From contig OZ076409.1 of assembly GCA_964187785.1 (NCBI GenBank), positions 124,001 to 188,000 of the forward strand: a stretch of DNA of 64,000 nucleotides, in the 5' to 3' direction. Origin of the DNA: Amphiscolops sp. MND2022. Taxonomy: Eukaryota. Made by a program: the position numbers and the translations under genes. This document shows positions 26,858 through 39,000 of this stretch, piece by piece. How positions within the stretch are numbered: the stretch's first letter is position 1; each line of letters begins with the position of its first letter. The notes under the pieces are model-generated. The model did not search any database and was not told the DNA's origin. It saw only the letters and a program-made list of their open reading frames with translations.

Positions 26858-27447
26858 CCCCAATCGACCTGGGCGTTTTTTAAAATTTTCGAAAAATTTG
26901 CCAAAAAAATTTCAATCATCAATATTTCCACAACTACGCGTACCAGAGGAACGAACTATAGCGCGTTTGAAAGGTCTGATATTGGGCTTTCATTTTGGTC
27001 AGGTGAGTCCCTGTCGCCGCGCGCCCCTTCCTTCAGAATTTTAGTCTCTTTTTCCGGTACCGCCGCTTCGCGGCAGTTCCGCACTTCGTACGGCCCGCTG
27101 CGCGGGGGCTTGTAGTAACAACAGAATATTATAGGGGTTTGTTGCACCAGGACTTGTTGTGGAAGGGTATGTGGTTGGTTTTTTCTATTGATCAAAGACT
27201 TTTGAGAAAACAGGATTTCGTCAAAATCTGAATTTTGAGGAAATATAACTCTTTTTTGTGCAGAAAACTCATTTTTCTCAGCTTTGGAGATATATTCCCT
27301 TTTTCTAATGCTTGTGCCATTCAAATCAATCTAGGTACCAATTACTTGTTGAAAAAAACTGTGCTAGAGAAAATGGGCTACTGGCAAAAGTAATCGGAAT
27401 TTGGAAAAAAGGTAGGCTGCTTTAAAGCATCACTAGGTTCATTGGGG
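26858..27447. mobile_element. piggyBac-type MITE (TTAA|CCCCAAT...ATTGGGG|TTAA); partial inverted copy ~30700-31115
   Basis: TTAA on both sides, imperfect TIR CCCCAATCGACCTGG / CTAGGTTCATTGGGG, and no ORF. Confidence 0.75.
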
Positions 27448-29026
27448 TTAAATGCACCTGAGACGTTAACAATTTTGCCGCCATTTTAATGCAAATTAAC
27501 TTCAATCACAATGTAAACATCAAACTAGCGTCATCTTCAGCGTCCTGTTCGAGAAGCGGTGATTAAATCGGACGAGTAGTGGAGAAATTAGTGTGTGAAT
27601 ACAACGTGATCATGTCCGTAAAGAAGAAGGAAATATTCTCAAATTTAACGGCAGTAGTGGAGAATGCAGTGTAATTCTACAAAATTTACGAACGGATGCA
27701 TACTGAATTTTCTAGGTTTTATAAAACATTGCCCTGCATGCAGGCCTGCAGCATGTAAAAAGTTCCAGCAGTCTCAACTAGGGCATGAAAGTTTTCGTAA
27801 GTTTCAGAAAATCGTAATAAAAGTTGCTGACAACATTGAAGTGCATGCAAAGAGTTCAAGCAATTTCAGCAAGGACACTAGTCCATCGGGTTTCACATGT
27901 TTGAAGCAATTTCGTAGAAATTTTGCAATAATCATTGTCCGCCCACAAGTAATGGGGGAGGAAAATCATAATTTATGTTGCGTTTCTTTCCAAATTCTGC
28001 CAAATCTCCACGATCTCCATCCACGTCACCGAGTTACTTGACTATTTTAGTTACTAGTATTTAATATTGCGTTTTACTAAGGAGGATGCAGAGGTTCGAA
28101 AACAAGTGCTCCCATTTGTCCCAGCAAGCTATATTCGAATTTTGACATTATGTCCGAAGTAAATTGCCTTTTAACAAGGAGGAGGTAAATTTTGGGTTAA
28201 GTGTCTATTGTTAGCCAATTGAAGGCGGAAAATATCCAGGTGCATAGCGGGGCGGGCGTCTTGTTATTTTATATGGAAAGTGGCCATTACAGTTACAGCT
28301 GGAACAAACTTGCCACTGCAAGTGGCTCGCACTGTTTTCCACACCGCGCAGACTAAAAGGCTCAAGAAACTCGTGTCTTGTCTTAGAAGTGGTCAGTCAC
28401 AGAAGCAAGTCTTTCAAGTTCATGTGCAACTTGCATGCAGCAGCCGATCTCTGCTGACGTTTGTGTTGGCTGGCTTTGGAGACACACGCACACGCACACA
28501 AGTCTACTATCAGCTTGTATTTTGGCACAACTATTTTTCATTTTCCACAAATACGATGAGATAGCAGAAAGCGGACAAATTTGCTGGCTGTATTTGGCGG
28601 TCAAAACATCCGTGCGTATGTTGGCAGGTTTTTTAACATCAAAATTGACGAAGTTGGTTTTGGAAACTTTGTAAACTCGCTCGAGATCTCAATCATAACT
28701 TATTCATATTCGCTTCCATTTTCCCTGTCTTAAATCGATCGGAGCTGCTCAATAAAACATGTTGAGTGTGCATTTGAATCAGTTGCTTGTCGGCTCTGTG
28801 CAAATGCAGCCAGTAATTAATTCATTGTCCCAAACACCGTCCTGATACAAGAGTAGAATAAATAGTACATGTTCGTATCGCACGCAGTCCATAAAGTAGG
28901 TGCTGCTACCAAAACGTTGGTCGCCGCTGCTCATTCAAATTTCTTCTTTTATTGTTCTCTCTATCTCTCTCTCTCCTAACTGTTGATTGGTGAGAGGAGC
29001 GAGCGTTGCCCAGCCAGTTGCAAGCA

Positions 29027-29323
29027 ATGTCTTCCGTGGATGGAAGAGTAAACAGTGACCAGATTTCTTGTGGCCACTTTCGCGACAACACGCGCGCCCT
29101 TAAGATGCGAGCCGTGCACAGGTTTGTGTGGTTGCGCAGTGGTAAGAGCAGAGACAGTGATGACGTCATCGTCGTTTCAGAGAAGTCGGCGGCGGGGGCG
29201 GGGGCCAAGCTGAAGAAGGGGGGCGGGGGCGACTGGGTGGGAGGCGAGAGAGAGGACGCCTCGCGCGAAGACTTGCCCGCCAACCTGGCCGCCCTGAAGG
29301 TGACCCTGGAGAAACTGCAACAG
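29027..29323 (+). CDS. MYCBPAP: MYCBPAP-like exon 1 (start uncertain; possible 39-nt intron 29142-29180)
   Basis: ATG 29027 in frame to ..LAALKVTLEKLQQ|gtcagc, phase 0. The true start codon or first exon is not provable from sequence. Confidence 0.6.
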
Positions 29324-29909
29324 GTCAGCACCTCCTACTCCCAACGATGGGTGCACTCTCAATAATGTTACTCTTTATAACATAACAACGGGCTTCTTTC
29401 ATATTTGTCCCAACATAAAAAAAATGGGGGGTTTCAGTACGCAAGGTCCCTTTAGAGAGTATAATCTTACTAATGTTTTAAACACCCACACACCCATTGA
29501 AGACCTGCCCCCCCCCAGTGCAAGTTGGGTTCGGAATGCCATGTTTTCACTTTCATTTGCAAATTTTCACCATTACTCAGCTACCTTATCATAGACTACG
29601 GGCGGACATCATAGGCAACAATAGGATGTACATTTGTACATGCACATTTACTGGACTAAAGTTAATCCTTTTTGTTTGGGCATCTCAATCCTGGAGGTTT
29701 CGATTTTTGACGTCAGATTACTGCCACGCTGTCCTCCCTTCTGACTCACTCTCACTGACGACTGTTGTATGTGATGTTTTGAGTTGTTTCTTTCTCTGCA
29801 GGTGCGCGCCGAGGTGCTCATCCCGGAGAAGGAGCCGCTACCTCCGCTGCCCGTGAAGATGAAGAAGCTGAAGCCAGCCTCGGAGAGGAACCGAAGACCG
29901 TGAGTGAAT

Positions 29910-29963
<54 letters not shown>

Positions 29964-29970
29964 TCTCTCT

Positions 29971-30022
<52 letters not shown>

Positions 30023-33000
30023 ATTCTCTCCCAAATCAATCACCTCAAGGACTGTCTTATTAACTCTAATTATAGTTAACCCAGCGGTACTTTGAAGCAC
30101 CATACTTGTTTTTTTTTCAATTTCTGATTCCTTTTGCCAGTAGCCCATGTTCGCTAGCACAGCTTTTTAGTCAGCGCTTCATGAAGTGAAACGCGACTAT
30201 TATAGCGACTCTTTTTTTCTATCACCACAAACTGACCAAAATAGTTCTTGAAAGTTCTACAAAATATTATTGCACCAAATTGCACCATTTGGCCTAGCGA
30301 ACTGAACCAAAAAGGTTTTTCCGCGTAACATACCATACCGGGCGAGACCAAAGGATCCCCCCTTTCAGTTTTTTCGGCACTATGATTTTTTTCCCAAAAA
30401 TTAAAATTTTCCCCCTTCAATTTGTTTTGCGACAGAATGGATGTTGAAAAACCCCAAAGGCTTTCAGTTTTTCGGCATTGAGACTTTTTTCAAAAATTTG
30501 TTTTTTCTCCAAAGGGTCCCCCCTTCAACTGCGACAAAAATGTTGACAATTTCGGAAGTGTCCCCCTTTTAGCGCGCCACTCGGTCCATTTTTTTGCTTT
30601 TTCGATTTTCGAGTACTGTAAATTGACACTTGGAAGTCCTTTTGCTATTTTTGAGCCTTGGATATGGCGCCGACTTGGGCCGGTCCCGGCTTGTTTCAAC
30701 AATTCATGGGTACCGTGTTCGATGTGAACGGCACAAGCATTAGAAAAAGTGAATTCATCTCCAAAACTGATTAAAAATGGATTTTTCTGACAAAAAATGG
30801 TTATACTTTTCTAGAATACCGTTTTTGGCGAAATCCAGTTTTTATCAAAAGTCCTTGACACAAAAAAGCAACCCCGCACCCTTCCACAACAAGACCATTA
30901 GCAACAAAACCTAATAATATGCTGTTGGTCCTACAAGCCCCTGCGCAGCGGGCCGCGGAAACCAAATTTTTCAAGAATGGGGCGCCTTTCAATATCAGGC
31001 CTATCAAACCCGCTATAGTTCTTTTCGTTTCTCTAGTATGCGTAGTTGTGGAGATATTATTGATCTAAATTTTTAATCAGATTTTTTGAAAAATTGCAAA
31101 AACGCCCGGGTCAATTGCAAAAAATGAGGGTTACCCTACTCGAGATTGCTTGAACTTTTTACATGCTGCATGGAAACATGCAGGCTAATTTTTTTTACAA
31201 AACATGGAAAATTCCGGGACCATGCATGGAAACATTTTGTAGGATTATTATGCAGCTTTCACTATTTGAGTTAAACTTGAAAACATTCCACTTCACCACC
31301 GCGACCACTTTGTTTCCACGCGTAAGTTTCTCAAGTAAGTACTTTATGTAATCACCGTTAGTCAAATAGCACGCTGAATATGACGCTACTTTGAAAGTTA
31401 TAAAGTGACTGAAGTTTATTTGCATTGAAAGCGCGGTAAAATTGATGAAGCTCCCAGCTGCTTGCAAAATTAGAACGACGTCTTAATGAAACCTACAAAA
31501 CTTTGCGGCGCAGAATTGCCGCCAAATTTAGGATGCATCCTATAGGCAGCTTGATAAAACTAAACCGAATCAGTGAAGTTTTAATGCATGGACGTTTCTT
31601 TGAGAAGTTTGTAAAATCATAGAAAATAAGCTTGGTAACCTACAAAAACAAGTAAAAAGTTCAAGCAGTTCCAACCAGGGTAATGATTCATCAGTTGCGT
31701 TGTGAAGAGAGACTGAGCAGAATCGCAGTCGTCGCAAAACTACACCTGCAAGTTGGCAGCACATGCAAAGTTGCACGTCGTTACAAACAGCCCATCACTT
31801 TCCTCTGTTTCCTTCCTTCACTTCACACATTATCTGTTCAAGTTAATCGCTCGCAGAGGTTGTTGCGGAAATGCCGGAAACTTTGATCTGCAAAAGGCAT
31901 CATCACCCTTGCTGTTTGTCACCCTGTCGCCCCATCCACAACCACCAGCAGTGTTTTTGTATTTGTGACAGTTTGCGAGTTATTTGATTTTGACTTTTAT
32001 CATTTTGAGTAATGGAGTTGCAATAATTTAGAACGTCATTGTCAAATACGCTCATTGTTGATTTCTGAGCACATTTCACTTTTCGTGTTCGAGCGATAAC
32101 TTCAATGTTTCTCCCGAAAGCCAATAAAATTGCTTCATTTTCTCGTGTATTTTGAATAAATCGTGTAAATTGGTAGTTCGTGGAGCGGTAGAAGAAACTC
32201 GTGTATTCCGATACGGTACAAGTGCCGACGTCAATGCACTGTTGCCCAGATCATTGAGATAACCTATTGGCAGATTGCTGACAACGATAGTATTTTTGCC
32301 TGCCGTTCAATAGTCCTTACATAGGCGCTCCATTGCTCTTTGATATCTCAACAAGTTCCTTGTTCGCCCTTTTGACTGAGTGAGAAAGTTTCAATTTCCG
32401 AATTTAACCCACAGTTGTCTATTATCTTTTGCCTTTCACAGTGCTCATGAATAATTGTGTCAACCATTTTCGGCCCTAACCTCGCCAGTACACCGAGAAG
32501 TCGAAAAATGGACAAAATTTTGGCAAATTTTTTTTCAAAGCTTCATTTCTCTACAAATAATAGCAGCAGCTCCAATCGGTTTTCTGTTCCTGAAAGCCCT
32601 TTACCTAAGCTTTCAAATGCACACTAGTTAGGTCGTGAGTTGGCGCCACTTGTTGGGGTGAGAGCGCCACCCCAGCTGCGCCGGGCCTTTCAAATATCGG
32701 TTGAACTGTTAATGGTGGCAAACTGTGTTACCAGAGTGGGACAGTAACTTAGCAAACAGTTGCTCAGTTATTGAGAAAAAGCGAATTTTCTGAAATGTAC
32801 TTTTTTGCAATTTTTCACTTTTTTCACTGACTTTTTTGCCGGTGGTTCGGAAAACAAACTATATTGACACAAAAAACTACTCGCCCCAGATAATAATAAT
32901 AATAATTTAATTCAATTCATCTGGTATCTATTTAAATAAAACAGAAGCCGACTTATGCAGTTCCCCCCGGCTTGTTCCGCAAATTATTCAACTTGGTAGC

Positions 33001-36000
33001 TTAAAACCTTGAACTTGAACGCTATGCTCAGATCAGATCAGATGTTAGTTATCTTGGAAGTGCTGTGTGTGTAGAGTGTTGGTGGCCAGAGTGGCCGACC
33101 CGGAGGCGCCCCTGAAGCCCCCCGGCGGCGGCGAGGCCAGCAGCCAAGTGCGGGGCAGTGTGGGCGTGCCCCAGTACAGCCTCGACGGACACTTCCTGCC
33201 ACACTCGGTGCTGGGCGAGGAGGAGGACTTCACTCAGGAACAGCACAGGAGGGCCACTGCACAGGTATTCACAACTATTCATTACTAACTACTCATAACT
33301 AGCAAAACCAATTTTCGATTCGACCAAAAAAGCTGTTTTCGGCAGAAGTTCGGCTGAAAAACACAATTTTCGATAAAGTTGTAAATTTCGGAAATTATCT
33401 TACAGATTGTATCGAACAAACATCAGTTTCAGCACAATTTCAGTCGAGTATTTCAGCTCTGTCATTGTATTTGCGCATGGTAGAGTTCGCTTGAAACCTG
33501 TTACTAGGACGCTTACCTTGAAGGCGCTTATTAGAAATAAGAAGTCCAGCATCGGGCCAACGTTTCACAAATTTAATGCTAAAACTATCTTGGAGCTGCT
33601 TTCCGGTTGACGACGTTTGAATTGAACGACGTTTGTTTGCTGACGCTTCTTTCTTTCTGACGCACTTTCAGTGTTAAACTGGTGTTCCTGACCTTTGACG
33701 TGGTCGTAATCATGCCGCCCAAAATTGGTTTTCCTACTCATAACTACCTACATGTACCTACTAACAAGAGGCGCAGTAGCACTGCAATAGTTTGCGTATA
33801 CCGTCACAACAAAAACATTACAAGAGACTTTTCTTAATTGTTAATATCACAAAACTAATGTTGTGATTTTTTCGAAAAAAAAACTTATCTAAAAAAAGTG
33901 GCACAGTGCCAAAATTATTCAAAGGTGCGACACTATAGGCTCCAAAAACGCGTTTCGTTTCATCACCTACAAGCTTCCAAAAAACCGAAGCAGCGAAACT
34001 AGCGAAAACAGATTGTAAAAAGTCGCTCAAAGTCGAAAAACAGTTGGTCTTTTTGACGATTATTGAGAAAACTCTCATCAGTCCCACAGGAACAAAAAAA
34101 ACAAAAGAAGTCACACGAAAAACTTTTAGGAAATCAAAAATCGTTGAAAAAAAATCGATGTGTCGCACGGTGCCTAAACTCCTAAGGGGGTCTCGATGCT
34201 CACATAACGCTTTGTTCCTGCTAAATGCGTATCCTGTCGGGTATTTTTCGGCACTGTAAATTTAATAGAAATTTTCACAATAGTGTCTTTTTGCATATTT
34301 TGAAAAACTTTACTCTGTTAGAACCTTGAGCGGGGCGCCGACTTGGTCTGTTCCCGGCTTGTTTACAGTTGTCGCAATAGCATTGTACCCCGTAAAGTCT
34401 AGTTTCAACTGTTGTAATTCCTTTGCATTTATAATAATTTGAAGAAGTTTCTCATTTCTACTCGGCGCTTTCTTTTAGACAGTGCAGACTATGGTAGTAT
34501 CTTTCTTGGAAACACTCCACCTGATAAATTATCTTTTTTTGCACGCAGCGATCTCTTCGTTTTTCCCTTTTTTGTAATACTCTGAAATAGAAAAAAAGCA
34601 TTTTTGTGTCCAAAGAATTTCACATCTTCGGAGCATATTGACAAGGCAGGCGTTGCACTTTTTGATCATTAAGCGGGGCCCTTGGCGACTTGTCTTGTCT
34701 TTTTGTTAACTGAACTCAGTGTTGTACAATTAAAGGACAATATACAGGATCATTCAAACTGAAAGATTTACCATGTGTGCCAACTCGATCTGTTTTTGGA
34801 AATTTTATTAGGTATTATTCAAAATGCAGATGAGATGAACAATCATTTCGAATTGATGTATTGAATGGATTGGTGTATATAATCCATTCAATACATCCAT
34901 TCGAAACTGTTCTACTTATTCATGCGTGAAGAACGACAGTCGCACTTGACTTTTGAAATGTTTACAAATGTAAACTCTTTGAGGCTTGCAATTTTGATCT
35001 GAAGTACTGTTTTGATCTGTGTTGAATACTATGCAATAATTTGAATGATCCTTTTTCATAAACAAAAATACTTTTTTCCTTTGAAAAACCCATGTAAAAA
35101 TAGAGATGCACGCACAACACTGACTGAACTGTATCATATGTGTGGTTACATGTACATGTAAGTTGGTTTTGTGTGTTGTGTTCACGCACAGAGTGCAGCA
35201 GTTGGGCGGCCCGAGAGCAGAAACAAGCGGGAAGTGGTGACGTCATCGGCCACCAGCGCCGCCGCCACTCGAGACCAGAGAGGGAGAGGAGACAACCAGC
35301 AGACGCAGACAGACCACCACCACACAACACCCCCTTCCGCCACACAGGTCAGTTCAGGTCAGGTCAGGTGACGGTTGCTCTCTGCCTTAGATGAGTCACA
35401 GATCTAGCTAGTCGTGACACCAGTTAGGGTCCAATTCGGCATAGAGTAATTCAGCTGCTCTGCTCAGTTGATGGACAATAATTTCAATAACAAAGGATGG
35501 CTGGCAATCGAATTTCCGCCTCAGCAGAACAAAAACAACAACCGTTCAATTGAAGTGAGATAATGCATAGACAAAAATTAATTTGGTTGGACATCTGGTC
35601 AACATCTGTGAACTCTGTGTGAATGTAATAATGCCATGTCTAGGCAGCCGTGTCCCTTTTGGTTTTGCCATGTGTGGTGAGTTCAACACTACTCGTCGTC
35701 CGCTTAGTTTCGGACTGTGGTGAGCCTCTAGTTTGAGTTGTGATGACTACTCATAGCTGTATGGGTGTGTGTTTAGAACGGGGACAGGGCGGCCATGCAA
35801 CACTGGGTGGAGTGCATGAAGCAACAGAAGCGCTATCAGAGCCTCCTACAGAGTTAGTTACAACCCTCTACTCGCTCTCTCTCCCTTCTGTCCACCGAAT
35901 TAGGTTTTACCAAAAAAAAACGAGCTTATCGCTTGTTGCGCTTGCGACTGACCAGCTAACGCTTAATGGACGAAAACTTTGGTCCAGCCATTGTAAGTTT

Positions 36001-39000
36001 TCAAAAGCTGCTATTTCTTAACAATATTTCGAACAATATCCAAAAACCTGTTCGACAACAGTGAATTAGAGATTGTCGATGGACAACGTGTCCTCGGCTC
36101 GGTAATAGGTTCAGAATCAGCGTGCAATTATTACAAACTTAAAAAGCAAAACGAGTACATTGAAGTTGTCGAAAAGTTATCAAAACTTGCTGAAACATCC
36201 CCACAAAACGTGTATCGATCACTGTTTCACTAAGGGACTTCCGCGCAAGTTGACATTCTTATCCCGCACTACACTCACAATCTTAGAGAATCTTCAAGAA
36301 ACCGAAAAACATATTAAGAGCAAATTGATACCGGCTTTGACTGGCAAGCAAGAAACTTCCGACGACGAACGCTCCTCTCCTTTACCGGTTAGAGACGGAG
36401 GGTTAACCATAAGCCTACCTGAACACCGACTGCAAGAAATCAACGGGTCTAGAGAGATGGCGTCATGCCTGGAAAGCGATGATTTGGCCGCGAAGCTGCA
36501 AAAACTGTTGTAAAAAAAACAGATTCGAAAACACAAATCCACAAAAGTAAAGGAAAAAATAACATTTTTGAAGGATTGCCTTCACAAAAACCAACGTTAC
36601 GCCTCAGATCTTGCTGTTTAAAAAGGTGCGTCGAGATGGCTAAACACGCTGTCACTGAAGCGCTATCACTATGACTTGACGAAAACTAAATTCCGCGACG
36701 CTTTAGTTTTGCGCTATGGTTGGGAACCACTCAAAATATCGACAATATGCCCGTGCCAAGCCCTTTTTAGCCTGTCGCATTCCCTCCAATGCAACAAGGG
36801 CGGTTATACACAAATGCGACATGATGAAATTCGAGACGCTTCCGACGCTAAGAACACTTTCGCCGCTAAATTCGAGACACTTTAGCTCCTTTCTTTAATC
36901 ATTCCCTTTATATTAAACTGTGAATTAATACTAGGCTTCCCAGGTACTGACCGTTTCAAGTTCGAATTTGTTCAAGATTAAACAACCGCAAGAATAGCCT
37001 GATTGCTTAGCCAATTATTCAATTTTCTCAAGTTCTGCCATCAACTGCAGCAGGACTCGTTAAGGCTTGAGACTATTTGAAATCTGGAGTTAGCTTTAGC
37101 AGTCTTAAATCCTCAGGAGTGTCAGTACATGAGGGGCCTATTTTTAGCACCCCACGCTTGAGTACCTTGAAGATCATTATCCTTCGAATTACTCCACGAT
37201 GTTCCTTTCAAACAAAACCTGTGATAATATGTATTTGAATAAAGTGATCCGATTCTCTGCATTTTTTTCGGCACTTATGTAGCAAGACTATAGTAGTGGC
37301 ATTTTAAAGACCGACGAAGTGACTGATTTTATAAGCTGCTGGCAGTATCCTATTCGACAATCTACATTCTACACTTGAGCTGTAAAATTGCTAAGGAGTC
37401 CCATTCGACGATAACACAAGCCATACCGGCGGATTTAACGCAAACCGGATATAACGTATACCGGATATAATGTTTCTTGGAGAATTTTTCAAAGCTGTAA
37501 AAAGTGCTAAGGAGTCCCCTTGGACAATAACAACTCATATCGGATTTAACGCAAACCGGATATAACGAATTCCGTATATAACGTATACCGGATACAACGT
37601 TTCTTGGAGAATTTTCCAAAGCTGTAAAAAGTGCTAAGGAGTCGCCTTCGACAATAACACAACCCATTCCGAATTTAACGCAAACCAGATATAACATATA
37701 TACCTGATTCAACGTTTCTTGGAGAATTTTTCAAAGCTGTAAAAAGTTTCTCATAACATCTAACACGTTCTGAATTTCGGATAAAACGTTTCAAAGTTCG
37801 GATTTAACGTCTTCAAAGTTCGGATATAACGTTTTTATTTCTCGTATAACATTATCGATGTTATTCCCCCAAAATTTCACATAATTTGCGTCCAATGTAA
37901 AGCTTTAGGTTTTCAGTACTATAAGACTTTTTGGATTTTTGAAAAGTCTTTATTCAACAAGTGATACTAAAACCAGGTCACCGGGTACACTTTTGTGCCT
38001 TGAGTGGGGTGCCGACTTGGGCCGTCCCCTGCTTGTTTTGACTTTTGTTTGTGTTCCTGCGAAACTATTGGTGTTCGAATAAGTTTCGAGGAAGAAATAG
38101 TTTTCCGGAAAACGTCCTTTTGCGCCAACAAACTTTTCAGCTACCCATCAATTCATTTGGCAAACAAAGTTGCCTCAGGCGTGCGCAAAAGCATTTTGCC
38201 TCTAGTTGACATGTCCCTTGAAGTGGGTCCCTTGAGAGGTCTGCAATAAAAAGCGACAGGGTCTGTTACTCCGACATTCCGCTCGCAATCTGTGAGAGCA
38301 TATCAGTAGTAATAGCAGGGGGGTTAAATGATGTTTTGGGCTCCCAACCGAAATTATTCTAAGTCAGAAACCTATCTCACTTTTAGGGCTCCCAACCGAA
38401 ATTATTCTAAGTCAGAAACCTATCTCACTTTTAGGGCTCCCAACCGAATTTATTCTAAGTCACAAAGGTTAAAGTTCATTCTAACCATACTGAAATGAAT
38501 GTATGCCAATTGTCATCCATGTTTACTTGGACAAACTAATGATGAATTCAATACGTTTCAACAATGGTAACTGTGTTCTGACTTAGAATAATCTCGACTC
38601 GGGCGCCCAGAAATTGCAATGAGAATCTGAGAATAATTTCGGCTAAAGAGCTGTAAACATGCACAAACTTGCAGTTATACGACCGAGTTCATTGAATCTT
38701 AGCTACTTTAGACTTATAGTATTGTACTGTATTTTGAAATAGTAGACAGAAATTTTGAAGACAGAAAGGTTGAAGTTCATATTAACCATACCGAGCGGGA
38801 TGTATGCCAATTGTCATGAATGTTTACTAATGCAAACTAATGATGATAAATAGAATAATCTCGAATTAGGAGCCATAAAAGTGTAATAAGAATCTCAGAA
38901 TATTTTCAGGCAATGAACTGTAAACATGCACAAACCTTCTACAGTAGCATATGAGCGTTTTCCAAAATAACGTGTACCGTAGAACAAATGCGCTGTATCT

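Noticed and set aside
34055..34090. Hammerhead-like CTGATGA-stem on the minus strand
   Set aside because: The stem is followed by AATA rather than the required GAAA, and no convincing stems I/III were found.
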